DNA of 63,587 nucleotides, the filler included, from Limisphaerales bacterium (lineage in GTDB: Bacteria; Verrucomicrobiota; Verrucomicrobiia; Limisphaerales; SIBE01), in assembly GCA_044225505.1 (NCBI GenBank). It is 3 parts of 3 records of this genome, joined end to end, with 100 filler letters (N's around TTAATTAATTAA, not from the genome) between each part and the next. Parts side by side here need not be neighbours in the genome. Positions count along the whole stretch, not along the records: positions 47,805 to 63,587 come from JBGAIN010000183.1; 2 more parts are not named here. One strand, given 5' to 3'. Under the pieces are notes generated by a model. That model saw only the letters and a program-made list of their open reading frames with translations. It had not been told where the DNA came from and searched no databases. Below, piece after piece: positions 47,805 through 58,357 of this stretch (its first letter is position 1; each line of letters opens with the position of its first letter). The position numbers and the translations under genes are program-made.

Positions 47805-50800
47805 GTCCTGAATCTGACGCTAAACCAGGTGGGAGGAAGCACCACCAACTGGCAATTGGCCGGAACCAGTAACTCGATCGGCATTCGCGCGGCCGAGGGA
47901 CGATTATTCCCGAACGATCCCACCGTGGCCACGACGCTGACCAGCCCGCAAGGTAGCTTCAACCTGACCTCTGGCGCCTTGTCGCTGGAGGCCTCGGCGC
48001 TGGATGCCCAGTTGGGGAGTGCGGCCAAGCTCCACACCGGAGTTGTGACTGTCACGCTGGATCCGGCCGCCAGCAGCTCCGCGCCCATCCTGACGGTGGC
48101 CAGCGCGACGGCGACGCTGGCCGGCTTGCGCGATGGGAGCGACGCTGCTCTTCAATTTCAGATCGGCGGCACGGGTAACGTGCCGCCCGCCCTGGTCGTG
48201 CGGCGCAATGGGTTCACGGTGGGAGGCGGCCAGGTTCGGGCGCCAAGCATCGCGATCGACGGCGTTCTCTCCGTGACAGATCTCGATGTCACCTTCAGCA
48301 ACGTGACCTATCAGTTGGGCGGCGCATTGTCTGGTTCGATCAATTTGGCGGCGGCGCAAGCAACCCTTTTCCCTGGCAGTGTCGGTTTCACCGCCGGCGC
48401 CACCGGATTGTCCGCCTCACTCAACGTGAGCCAAGCCAATCCTACGTTCACCCTGACGCTGACGGGCTTATTCCTCCAAGCTGGCTCCGCCTTGCGCATG
48501 ACGGCCTCAACAGCGGCGTTCCGTCCCGGCCAGGAAGTTTTGGCCACGATCGCCACTTTGGCTGTGAGCTCTCCGGATTTCCCGAGTCTCGCCGCGGAGA
48601 GCCTTACCGGACTAGAAATTCGGCGCACTGGCTTCTCGATCGACTCGCTCACCTTGGGACCGGCGAACGCCCAATTGGCGGGTGTCTTCTCGTTCACCAA
48701 TGTCCAGCTGACCGCGAATAACGTGGTGTTTGAGGGGAATCGATTCCGAGCAGGAAATCAGATCGGTTTGACTGCTGATGCGGCGCAACTGTTCGCTGGA
48801 GGAATCGTGACCGGGACGGCGACGGGCGTGAGCGGAGGATATGATCTCGGGACGGGCGAATTACGGGTCCAGGCCACACGCACGACGTTCCAAGTCGCGG
48901 GCGTTATGGATGTGACGTCGGAGAATGTCACCTTCACTCCGAAAGCGGATCTGCTTGCGACGCTTGCCACGACTCAGGTGGCCATTCCCGGATTGGCTGA
49001 CTTGGGCAACGCCGTCATCACTAATATCGTTCTGCGTCGGAACTCGCTGGCGATTGCTGCGGCAACGTTAAACCTGGCGACACCGGTGCGGGGCCCGCCG
49101 CTTGTGGAACTGACTGGCGTTCGCCTCGCCATTACTGGATTTTCGGTCACGTTCGATACTCGCACCGTGACAGGCACATTGTCAGTTAGCGCCGACACCG
49201 CTACGCTCTTTCCGGACATCTCTCCCAACGGCCTCGCTCAAGCCACCGAGTTTCAAGGAGTCAAAGGCTTGCAAGGCACTCTTACCAATGGCGTTCTCCT
49301 TTGGCGCGCAGGCCGCATCGATGCCTCCGTCGGCAATCTGTTTACTCTTGGGATTGTCAATCCGCAGCTCAACTTCTCCGCCAATTCAGCCGCTCCTTTA
49401 TTCGGACCTTCCGACGTCACGGCCGCGTTGACGAGCCTCGGCACACAGGTCGCCTTGACCTCTGTGCAAATCGAGCGGAACGGCACTTGGACCGTCCAAT
49501 CGGCTGGGGTGACCACCCCTGGCATTGCCCGAACCATCGGACTCGCTGATTTCCTGCCGTTTGACGTGCAATCCGTAAGGATTGATTTCCGCGAAAACCC
49601 TGCCACCGGACGGAGCGACCTGGCCGCATTCGACCTGTTCGTTCGGGGCAATTTTAATCTTGGCCTGTTCTCTTCTTTGCCGTTCACACCCATCCTGAGC
49701 ATTGGGACGGCTGCTCAAAATGGGCAGTTTGAGTTTTCGGTGCAGGTAATCAATGGCGAGATTCGCCCGCTCAATCTCGGCCCGATCACATTCGGTTTTG
49801 CCACTCTCGCGCTTGGTCCGGCCACGATCAACCAGGCGACCGTCACACTCGGGGGATATCAGAATGGCGTCTTCACCTCGAGTTTCGGCGGAACGATCAA
49901 CGTTACGGTCGGCGATTTCACGGGGGGCTTAACAGTCTCGGGAAGCCTGGCCAATCGTTTGTTGGATCTGACCGCGACGGTAACCGCAAGTTTCGAGCTG
50001 GGCGCACTCGAGGTAACAAATGCCGGTGTCACGTTCAGCATGCGGATCCGAGCCGCTTCGGATGGCCGGCTGAACCCTGAGAACTTCCGTCTGGAAGGCA
50101 GCAATGTGGAGCGAGTGCGGGTCTTGATCAGCGGCGTGGTGACGTTCACGGCCACTCGCACCGCCCAGCAAGCGTCGGCTGTCTCCCTGAATTTTAACGC
50201 CGGCCCGAATGAGAACTTCGCCACTTTCGGGGCTCTAACCGCGGTCATTGCTCCCTCGACCTCAAATCCCGATCAAGGGTTGCTCTCGGGCACGGTGTCG
50301 AACTTCGCCATCGGACTGAAAACGGACCGGAGTTTGCGGTTCGTGACGCTGCCGGGATTTGCCGTGGGGATCACGCCGCCCAGCCCCGCGGTATTGGGCT
50401 TTCCCGATTGGCTCCCAATTACGGTGACGGAAGCCACTTTGACGTTTGCCAATCTGGAACTGGATCCAACCAACGTCGCGGTGCGCCTTTCTGTGCAAGT
50501 GGGTGGACCCAACGGTTTGTTCGGATTGCCCGTCTCCGGCGCGGTCGAGGGACTCACCATCGACATTGGACTGCTGAAGGCCGGCAAGTTCCCCATCACC
50601 AACTTGGATTCGTTCCTCGTTAGCGTGAACGGGCTGCAGATCGGTGGCTTGGGGATTACCGGCCAGTTCGTGCTCGGTCTGGCGCCGCTCGACGCCGCCG
50701 GAAACTTGCTCCTGGGCGCGGACCGGTTGGATGAAGCCAAGGTGGCGCGGCGTGAACTTTACGGCTTTATTTCCGGCGGCATCTCGTTGCCAGGCGGGAT

Positions 50801-53800
50801 CGGAGTCGATCTCAAGTTTGGGTTCTCGTCGGCGGGCCCGCTAGTCTTTTACGTGAGTGCCGAGGTGCCCATCTTGCTGGAGCCAAACTCCGGTCTGACG
50901 CTCAATGGATTGCGCGGCGGTGTCAGTTTCGGCGCTCAATTCCCCAGCGTTCGCGACCAGAATGGGAAACTGGATCCACTCAAGCTGCGCGGACCCGCGT
51001 TTGAGCCGGCCAGTTCGCTCACCCCGGAGCAGTGGCGCGAACGGTTGGAACTGCAGGTGGCAACATTGTCGCGCGGCGGCAGCGCGACCGGATTGGCGGG
51101 GGCCAATTTCCTCAGTCAGCCGATGATGTTCGAACTGGGCGCTACTCTAAGCACAAGTTTTCTCCCGGTGGTATTCTTCGATGTCGATATTCTTATTAGC
51201 ACGGAGGGCGCTATGTTGATGTCAGGCGCCATTCGGTTGAGCGCACCGGGCATTTCTGACTTCATCCTTGGTAACGCCAAGTTTTTCGCTGACCTTCGCG
51301 AACTCCGCAACGGCAATGCCAGCTTCCTCTTCCTGGCGGATATTCCGAAGAACCCCGCCATCTTAACCCTCCGCGGATCCCTGGACTTCCAAACTCTGCG
51401 CCGAAATGACGGTTCCGTGAGCGGAGTGAAGCTGCAGTTATCAGGGGGCATGGATGTGAACCTCTTCATCACCCAAATGACCATGGAAGGGGAACTCACC
51501 TTGACCTTGACCCAGACAAAGTTGGACTTGGAATTGCATGGTTCCGTGAAGGGATTGCCACTGTTGGGAGACCTCACCGCCGACGGTGGAATGGTTCTGG
51601 AATTCGAGCACAGAGACGCGCAAAATCGCCTTCAGCCCACCGGGCTTTACGGGCGCCTCACCGTCTCGCTCCAGGACAACGCCCTCCTCTCGGCGTTGGG
51701 TGTGTCGTTGTCGGGCAGCCTGCTCCTGGAATTCAATTCCTTTTCCGACGCCCGCCGATTGCCAGGCAATACCAAGGATATCCGCGGTGGCGCCTTCCTG
51801 CTCTCGGTTCAAGGCGACCTCACCGTGCGGCCACCGCTCTCGAATGCGAGCGCCGATCCCTTCTTCATCGCGCGAGGAGCTGTCGAATTCAACTTCCAAA
51901 AGGAAGGGACGAAGTTCCAGTTTGCGATCGCGTTGTCAAACATTGATTTGTTCATCGGCAGCGGTGACACCTCCAAGGCGTTGCTCGCCTTCAAAGCGAG
52001 TGGAGTCTTTATTGCCAAGAATTCTGGTGTAGCGGGCAAGTTGGACGTCACCCTCAAGACCAATCTTCCCGCCGCATTGAATGCGGAATTAGCCGCCACA
52101 TTCTCTCTGCAGTTCAATACGACCAAAGCCACGTTGACCTATACGGTGCTGGCTACCAATCAGACCTTCACCATCGCGGCGGCGCCCCCCACCGGAGGAT
52201 CCGCACGCCCGTACTTGGTGGTCGGCGCCACGGGGTTCCTGAAGATTTGGACGCCTGTGCCCGGTTCTCCCAAACAGGGCGATCCTGCGTTTAGTATCAC
52301 CGATGGGACCTTCAGCATCCTTTTTGCCGATGGAGTTTTTGCCTTGAAAGGAGGCGGGAAGCTCAAGGTCTTGAGCACAACCCTGTCGCTCACTCTGGAC
52401 GTGCAGATCTTCCTGAAGCAAAACCCGGGCTTGGTCGCTCGCAGTACCGCGACTTTGGACACCACCTTCGGCCCCGGCCGACTGCGAGGCGGGGTCGAGT
52501 TGCTGATCAATACCCGTTCCGAACCAGGGTCCGCGGGAGGAGTGTCCATTTCGAAGGAGACGTTGGTGTTGCGCGTTACGGGCGGCAATCGCGGCGGCAC
52601 CCCGCTCATCACAGTCCTGGGGCTTAAGATCTATGGGACCGCCGGTTTCCGCTTGCAGCCGAACCGGCTCGACTTTGAAGTGGACGCCAGTGTCGATCTT
52701 TATCTGGTCCAAGTCAGCGGCGGTGTCTCGGGAACATTGCAGGTGTTGGAAGACGGAACCGTCACCTTCACCATCACCGCGACCACCAGTTTCCTCATGG
52801 GCACTCCCAAGGACGCCGATTTTGCCACCTACGTCGAAGGGGAAATAGCGGCGACCGTCACCAACAGTGGCACATTGACCGGAACGTTTGCCGGGTCGGG
52901 AGCCATCGCTGGCGTGGTGATCGGAACGATTCGCGGGGACTTGGGCGCAGACGGCATCCTTCGAGTCCGGGGCAAGGCTTTAGGGGTCGACTACAAGACC
53001 GAGTTTTTACTTCCTGGAGCCAGTGGCACGCTGGTGCCGCAAGTTGGTCTGGTCGGAACTAACGGCGCCACCAACAGCGTTTTCGTTACGGAAGGTGTCA
53101 ATAGCGATTTGACCGTGAAGCTCCGGCTGAACAAGCCTCGTGGAAGCAACACGACGGTTACCCTCGAAGTCTTTAATCAGACGGCTGCGGCGTCGAGCGA
53201 CTACACCGTCATCACGCAAGGCGCTGCCGTCTCCGGTTCGGCCAACTTCACCTTCCGCTACACCATTCTAGCAGGGACTTCTGAGTTTAGCGTTAAGCTC
53301 GGGATTGTGGACAATGCCACGCACGAACCGGAGGAGACCTTTTTGCTTCGTCTTTCGTCAAACACTTCTGGGGTGGATGTGAGCAACGCCGATCTACAAG
53401 TGGTGATTCGGGACAACGATCTCGCGCTGGCTCCCACGCCCGGCGGCGCGCTCGTCTACTACCCGCTCGAATCAGTGCAGCAAGCGGCCAATGGGAATCA
53501 GAGCTACGTGTTCAGTGACGTCGCGCGAGTGGGGGCCGGAGCTAGCCCATTCCAGTTGGTCGATGTGAAAGAATCGTTGCTGCTCAACGGCAGCCCGCGC
53601 ATTACCGTTCGGACATTCCAAACCGAACCCGGCGAGATCGGGTTCTCGGCTGTTTCCGGAGGATGGGGCGGGGAGCGGACTACCGGCTTGAATTCTTCCG
53701 AGAACTTCGCGCTGACTCTTGGGCTGCAGCAGAACGCCACCCTGCAGCAATCGGGAGTGAGTCTCCTCCAACTCTTAAATACGTCCACACGCGCTTATCA

Positions 53801-56800
53801 ATTCTCAATCCAAAATAACACCAGCGTTAAGTTTTCTGACGTGGGCTGGATTCAATTTGATGCCAAATCACTGAACGGCGGGCCGGAGCGTTGGGAACTG
53901 CACTCGAATCTCGCTGGGATCTCTCGTTCGCCACTTGGGTCTGGAACGTTAAGCAGCACGTTTGAAACGTTCTATGTGCCGGTCGATCTGACCGGGGTCA
54001 CTGGGGCAGTCACCTTCTGGCTAACGGGGCAGGGGGCCTCCGCGTTTGAAGGCGGGTTCGCGGTCGATAATGTGGCTGTGATCAAGAAGGCCGTCCTGAC
54101 CTCTTCTCAACCTGCTTCGGTGACCGAAGCGAACGCCAACACAGCGATCCCCGTGAACGTGAACAATGCGTCCGGCGGGCAAAGTGGATTGATCCTCGGT
54201 TTCAAGGTGATCGGGGTGACCGCTACCGCTGGCTCCGACTTTTCACTCCCGCTCAAAAACAGTGATTTTTCGTTCCCTGTTTTCGGAGGTGGGTTCCGCA
54301 ACTTGATTGGCTTCGACGGCGGAATCTCCGGGATCCTGGACGCGAACACTCGGCGCGGATCGCTTCCGTTAACGACGCCGTCCGGGTCGTTTGATATCAC
54401 GATTGTGGGCGATCAGATTGCCGAGCCCTTGGAGAAGATTCGGATCGAGTTCGAGATCCTGCGCGGAGCGGGCGTGGCGCCGGCTCCGATCGAGATTTCC
54501 ATCCTCAACGATGACCCGGCCGTCGCTCCCTCAGATGCGCTGTCCTTTTTTACCTTCGAGACGAGCACAGGCGCCGGAACGGCGACCGCGAGCACAGTGG
54601 CTACCGGAGTGACCAATGGTTCGGGCGCGGCCCCGAGTCTGCGCACGGAAACGACCGCGTTGTCGGGCACGACCTCGACCACTACGGGCACCGCCAGCAG
54701 CGCCGGTTCGTTCGGGCGCGCTGCCACCGCCAGTGATTGGACCAGTTTCCTGAATTTCACCTTGCCCAATGGCCAGTCGACCCAAGTGCGCGACTTCAAC
54801 TACACCCGGTCGTTTGTTTTCAACCTGGCGCCACCTCCAGGGATTGGGAATATTCCCAAGCGGCTCGCACTGACCGAACTGACCTTTGTAGATGACAATG
54901 CCACGGGCGGACCCACCGGCTGGAAGCTCGAGGTTTTCGCGGGCAGCACGCTTCTCCGCACCGCCACCGGTGCCGTGGGGAGCGGTTACCGCACGACCCA
55001 GCGGGTTGATCTCTCCGGCCTCGGATCAACCAGCACGCTTACCTTCCGGTTAACGGGAACAGGCGCCAGCACCACCGCTGGGACCTGGCGCATCGATAAC
55101 CTCCTCGTGCGCGGTTCGGTCACCACGGAGGTGGTGGTCGCCCAACCGCCGGTCGTCGTGCGCACATTGCAGACCGTGGTCTCAGGCGCCACGGTTTTCT
55201 TCGATACCAACGGGAACGGCCTTTTGGACAAGAGCGAGCCTTCGACAACTTCCGACCTCAACGGGGCGGCGCGCCTAACGATTCCAGACCAGGATTTCAA
55301 CGCTGTGGGCGGCACGGGTTTTCTCTATGCTGTTGGGGGAGTTGACGTGGTTAAGAATGTGCCTGTGGATGTCATTTTGCGGGTGCCGCTGACCCAGGGG
55401 CACAGCACCGCTGTCGTGTCTCCGTTATCCACCTTGCTCGCGACACTCACCGACTATGGATTAACCCCCTTGACCGGCAATCAGCGACTCCTCAGCGCGC
55501 TCGGACTGTCCTCCGGGCTGCAAATTGCCGACTACGCTTATTCAGGCGAGTTCCTCCAAGCTAGCCCCGAGGCGGCGAGCGTGACCAAGGCGTCCGCCCA
55601 GATTGGTAGCATTGCTCTGGCGATGGCGCAGTTGCTCGCTCAGTCGGCCACGACACCCGGACGTTCTATCGCCCAGTACCAAAAGGCACTCTTGGAAGCG
55701 GTCGCCGAGACCATCCTCGGCTTGCCGGCGGGCGGGCGCGTGGACTTCGCGAATGCCACGACCCTTGTCCAACTCGTCCAACGCGCTGCGGACCGGGTCA
55801 ACGTGCAACTTAAGTCGGGTGTGGCCGAAACGGCCGCGCAGACCATCACGCGTGGGCTTCGTATCCTCGCGGATATTGATCCGTCGATCTCCACAGGGCT
55901 GCTCGAACAGGTGGCCAAAGTGCAAAAGGTGATTCAGACGGAGCTCACACCGGTGTTCAACGCGATGGCCGCGGGGCAGCTCGCGCCGACCGCGGCCAAT
56001 CGGCAATTCGCCGTGGGAACGTGGAACGAACGAATTGCCGTGGCCGATGTTTCGCCCGTCTCCCGCCTGGTCAATCCGGTGACGGGTGTTGTGCCGGTAT
56101 TGCGCCCACTGACTTCCAGCGCTCTCGAGTATGCTGTCACCTTCCCGCGATCCGAAGTGCCACCACCGAAATGGGCCAGCGATACCGTATTCCAATTCAC
56201 GGTGCCCGATCCAAGGAGCGGCCGCATTGCCTCCGCCGAAGTGACGGTTGAAAGCTTCGGACTGGCCGGAACTCCGGAAGCTTGGTTGCTGCGTTGGTTG
56301 GACGCGCAGGGCGTGGCTCATGTCGCTGGCGTGGCCGAGGTTTCCCCGGAGGATTCCGTTACTGTCATTGCTCTTACCGATCTGCCCTCGGCCTTTCCCG
56401 CCGTTTTCGAAATTGTCGCGATTGGCGGCACGTTCAATCCGCGTGGAACGGCCGTTCTTAAGTCTGTGAACTGGCGCAGCGTCCATGGCACCGAGGTTAC
56501 CGTCGCGGCCACCCGCCCACAGGCTCGGGAATCGGCCTCCACGGTGAATATCAACATCGGCGCGTCGGTCCTGGATCCAACTGTCATCATTGCCTACACG
56601 ATCCGCGGCGGCACCGCCACCAAGGGCTCCGACTTCACCTTTACACCTCCGACTGGCGCGACGGCCGTCTCCGAAACGGCCACGAGCTATTCGGGACGCA
56701 TTTCGATGGCCGTGGCTCGAACTCTCGCGATTAGGATGGTCGATGATAGCGTCGTGGAGCCGGACGAATCGATCGTCATCGAGCTAGCTGTCGTGCAGGG

Positions 56801-57584
56801 ACCAGCAGCTCTACAGTCGAATAGCGTGACCATCCGCGTGGTCGACGATGATTTCGTCGGGCCGGTCGGAGCGCCGATCATTAACAACGGCGATCCGAGC
56901 CGGTCGATGGTGACCCGTCTGGACGTCCCGCTCTCCACAGTGGCTTATGCCGACATCGCCAACGCGGTCGTCCGTCTGCAAAACCTTTCCACTCGAGAGG
57001 TCGTGACTCCCACGCTGGAGTTTGACGCGAAGACAAGGACCGTCAGCTTGCTGTTCCCGAAACTCCCGGGACAATCGCTTCCCGACGGAGATTACGCACT
57101 CACCGTCCGCACTGCAACCGCCACTGGCACCTTCCGATTTCACCGGCTCTTTGGCGATGTGGATGGCGACCGTGACGCGGATGGCATCGATTCGATCGCT
57201 CTTTCCCAGGCGCTCTTTAGCACCCGGGGTGGACAGGCGTTCGATGCACGCTTTGATTCCGACGCCGACGGCGATGTCGACGCCGTCGATGCGTTCCGTT
57301 TTGCTTCCAGCCGTCTGGCCGCAGCCGCGGGCCTCGAGGCGCTTCCAGAATGGGAGACAACGCCAACGCTCTCGTCAGCCCCAATGGATGCCCCCAGAGA
57401 GGTGCTCGCGCTCGGTCCACAAGGCGGCTTGCTCTTTTGGTCCACCCCAACCGTGAGCCTGGTCGGCGCTCCTCAAGCCACCTCGTTGGCCTGGACGCGA
57501 TGGCCGTCGCCTTGGCCGGACACTCTGCGGGCTCTGGAACAAGCCGAGGAACTCGCCCCGCTTCATCGCCTGCGCTTGCCATGA
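47805..57584 (+). CDS. Giant extracellular protein (>3250 aa, 5'-truncated) with beta-rich N-half, three Calx-beta-like domains and a C-terminal dockerin-like motif
   Basis: Frame open from the contig edge. Calx-beta-like DNATHEPEETF, DQIAEPLEKI, DDSVVEPDESI. GATVFFDTNGNGLLDKSEP. Duplicated EF-hand-like GDVDGDRDADGID...DSDADGDVDAVD. Confidence 0.85.
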   Translation, partial: VLNLTLNQVGGSTTNWQLAGTSNSIGIRAAEGRLFPNDPTVATTLTSPQGSFNLTSGALSLEASALDAQLGSAAKLHTGVVTVTLDPAASSSAPILTVASATATLAGLRDGSDAALQFQIGGTGNVPPALVVRRNGFTVGGGQVRAPSIAIDGVLSVTDLDVTFSNVTYQLGGALSGSINLAAAQATLFPGSVGFTAGATGLSASLNVSQANPTFTLTLTGLFLQAGSALRMTASTAAFRPGQEVLATIATLAVSSPDFPSLAAESLTGLEIRRTGFSIDSLTLGPANAQLAGVFSFTNVQLTANNVVFEGNRFRAGNQIGLTADAAQLFAGGIVTGTATGVSGGYDLGTGELRVQATRTTFQVAGVMDVTSENVTFTPKADLLATLATTQVAIPGLADLGNAVITNIVLRRNSLAIAAATLNLATPVRGPPLVELTGVRLAITGFSVTFDTRTVTGTLSVSADTATLFPDISPNGLAQATEFQGVKGLQGTLTNGVLLWRAGRIDASVGNLFTLGIVNPQLNFSANSAAPLFGPSDVTAALTSLGTQVALTSVQIERNGTWTVQSAGVTTPGIARTIGLADFLPFDVQSVRIDFRENPATGRSDLAAFDLFVRGNFNLGLFSSLPFTPILSIGTAAQNGQFEFSVQVINGEIRPLNLGPITFGFATLALGPATINQATVTLGGYQNGVFTSSFGGTINVTVGDFTGGLTVSGSLANRLLDLTATVTASFELGALEVTNAGVTFSMRIRAASDGRLNPENFRLEGSNVERVRVLISGVVTFTATRTAQQASAVSLNFNAGPNENFATFGALTAVIAPSTSNPDQGLLSGTVSNFAIGLKTDRSLRFVTLPGFAVGITPPSPAVLGFPDWLPITVTEATLTFANLELDPTNVAVRLSVQVGGPNGLFGLPVSGAVEGLTIDIGLLKAGKFPITNLDSFLVSVNGLQIGGLGITGQFVLGLAPLDAAGNLLLGADRLDEAKVARRELYGFISGGISLPGGIGVDLKFGFSSAGPLVFYVSAEVPILLEPNSGLTLNGLRGGVSFGAQFPSVRDQNGKLDPLKLRGPAFEPASSLTPEQWRERLELQVATLSRGGSATGLAGANFLSQPMMFELGATLSTSFLPVVFFDVDILISTEGAMLMSGAIRLSAPGISDFILGNAKFFADLRELRNGNASFLFLADIPKNPAILTLRGSLDFQTLRRNDGSVSGVKLQLSGGMDVNLFITQMTMEGELTLTLTQTKLDLELHGSVKGLPLLGDLTADGGMVLEFEHRDAQNRLQPTGLYGRLTVSLQDNALLSALGVSLSGSLLLEFNSFSDARRLPGNTKDIRGGAFLLSVQGDLTVRPPLSNASADPFFIARGAVEFNFQKEGTKFQFAIALSNIDLFIGSGDTSKALLAFKASGVFIAKNSGVAGKLDVTLKTNLPAALNAELAATFSLQFNTTKATLTYTVLATNQTFTIAAAPPTGGSARPYLVVGATGFLKIWTPVPGSPKQGDPAFSITDGTFSILFADGVFALKGGGKLKVLSTTLSLTLDVQIFLKQNPGLVARSTATLDTTFGPGRLRGGVELLINTRSEPGSAGGVSISKETLVLRVTGGNRGGTPLITVLGLKIYGTAGFRLQPNRLDFEVDASVDLYLVQVSGGVSGTLQVLEDGTVTFTITATTSFLMGTPKDADFATYVEGEIAATVTNSGTLTGTFAGSGAIAGVVIGTIRGDLGADGILRVRGKALGVDYKTEFLLPGASGTLVPQVGLVGTNGATNSVFVTEGVNSDLTVKLRLNKPRGSNTTVTLEVFNQTAAASSDYTVITQGAAVSGSANFTFRYTILAGTSEFSVKLGIVDNATHEPEETFLLRLSSNTSGVDVSNADLQVVIRDNDLALAPTPGGALVYYPLESVQQAANGNQSYVFSDVARVGAGASPFQLVDVKESLLLNGSPRITVRTFQTEPGEIGFSAVSGGWGGERTTGLNSSENFALTLGLQQNATLQQSGVSLLQLLNTSTRAYQFSIQNNTSVKFSDVGWIQFDAKSLNGGPERWELHSNLAGISRSPLGSGTLSSTFETFYVPVDLTGVTGAVTFWLTGQGASAFEGGFAVDNVAVIKKAVLTSSQPASVTEANANTAIPVNVNNASGGQSGLILGFKVIGVTATAGSDFSLPLKNSDFSFPVFGGGFRNLIGFDGGISGILDANTRRGSLPLTTPSGSFDITIVGDQIAEPLEKIRIEFEILRGAGVAPAPIEISILNDDPAVAPSDALSFFTFETSTGAGTATASTVATGVTNGSGAAPSLRTETTALSGTTSTTTGTASSAGSFGRAATASDWTSFLNFTLPNGQSTQVRDFNYTRSFVFNLAPPPGIGNIPKRLALTELTFVDDNATGGPTGWKLEVFAGSTLLRTATGAVGSGYRTTQRVDLSGLGSTSTLTFRLTGTGASTTAGTWRIDNLLVRGSVTTEVVVAQPPVVVRTLQTVVSGATVFFDTNGNGLLDKSEPSTTSDLNGAARLTIPDQDFNAVGGTGFLYAVGGVDVVKNVPVDVILRVPLTQGHSTAVVSPLSTLLATLTDYGLTPLTGNQRLLSALGLSSGLQIADYAYSGEFLQASPEAASVTKASAQIGSIALAMAQLLAQSATTPGRSIAQYQKALLEAVAETILGLPAGGRVDFANATTLVQLVQRAADRVNVQLKSGVAETAAQTITRGLRILADIDPSISTGLLEQVAKVQKVIQTELTPVFNAMAAGQLAPTAANRQFAVGTWNERIAVADVSPVSRLVNPVTGVVPVLRPLTSSALEYAVTFPRSEVPPPKWASDTVFQFTVPDPRSGRIASAEVTVESFGLAGTPEAWLLRWLDAQGVAHVAGVAEVSPEDSVTVIALTDLPSAFPAVFEIVAIGGTFNPRGTAVLKSVNWRSVHGTEVTVAATRPQARESASTVNINIGASVLDPTVIIAYTIRGGTATKGSDFTFTPPTGATAVSETATSYSGRISMAVARTLAIRMVDDSVVEPDESIVIELAVVQGPAALQSNSVTIRVVDDDFVGPVGAPIINNGDPSRSMVTRLDVPLSTVAYADIANAVVRLQNLSTREVVTPTLEFDAKTRTVSLLFPKLPGQSLPDGDYALTVRTATATGTFRFHRLFGDVDGDRDADGIDSIALSQALFSTRGGQAFDARFDSDADGDVDAVDAFRFASSRLAAAAGLEALPEWETTPTLSSAPMDAPREVLALGPQGGLLFWSTPTVSLVGAPQATSLAWTRWPSPWPDTLRALEQAEELAPLHRLRLP

Positions 57585-58357
57585 AGATACGCCTTCTCCT
57601 GATTTCTCTGATAGTCTGGGCGAAACTGGGGAGCCTGCCAAACCGTTCAGCGGTGAGCGTTCATTTTAACGCAGCTTCCTATCAGGTGGCGACGAACGGC
57701 ACGGTGACACTCGGGATCCTGATTGACGGCGATACTGTGAAGGCTGAGGACCAACCGGTCTCTGGAGGATTGTTTGGTTTTGGGATACGTCTGGAGTTCG
57801 ACCCAGCCAACGCTGAGATCAGACGCGAATCTTTGACGGTGACGCCGACGTTGGATTACACCGGGTTGGTTCCGGGCGCCCAGGTAGAGGAAGGCAAAGG
57901 CTTTCTGGTTTGCCGCGGCAATGTCACGCTAAGCGCCGGGGGGGTGACGCCTTTTACCGGAACGAACCTTCTGACGATTCAGCTGCACAATCTCGCTTCG
58001 CTCTCGAATCGGTATTCCCTCGTGCTCGCTTCTTCGAAGACCGCCACATCGGGAAACGTCTTCGTCGACGGCCAAGGAAAGTCGTTTGATGATCAAGTCA
58101 CCTATGGACGCGCGGAGGTCCGCGTGATTCCGACGGCAACCTCACGACCGCCCCGGCTCGTTCTCCGACTGTTGGAATCAGGCGCTCTCGAACTGACTTA
58201 TCCCGTGGCGGAAGGAATGAATCATTTCGTCGAAGCGTCGGAGGACTTGCGGAAATGGGCCGATCTTTTCCCGCTGCCGCGGAACGATGGCCGAGTCCTG
58301 CTCAAAGCGTCGGAACGCGCCCGCTATTATAGAGTAAGGGTTCTAAGCAAAACCTGA
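57581..58357 (+). CDS. Secreted cohesin-like domain protein with C-terminal 'YYR' domain
   Basis: ATGA overlap with the giant gene; signal peptide; VTLGILID...LFGFGIRLEFDP...NLLTIQL; C-terminal VEASEDLRKW...RYYRVRV. Confidence 0.65.
   Translation: MKIRLLLISLIVWAKLGSLPNRSAVSVHFNAASYQVATNGTVTLGILIDGDTVKAEDQPVSGGLFGFGIRLEFDPANAEIRRESLTVTPTLDYTGLVPGAQVEEGKGFLVCRGNVTLSAGGVTPFTGTNLLTIQLHNLASLSNRYSLVLASSKTATSGNVFVDGQGKSFDDQVTYGRAEVRVIPTATSRPPRLVLRLLESGALELTYPVAEGMNHFVEASEDLRKWADLFPLPRNDGRVLLKASERARYYRVRVLSKT

Noticed and set aside
55542..56486. 314-aa minus-strand ORF
   Set aside because: Antisense shadow within the giant protein gene.
57350..57580. Longer N-terminus of the cohesin-like ORF
   Set aside because: Overlaps the giant gene; ATG 57581 gives a signal peptide and an ATGA coupling.
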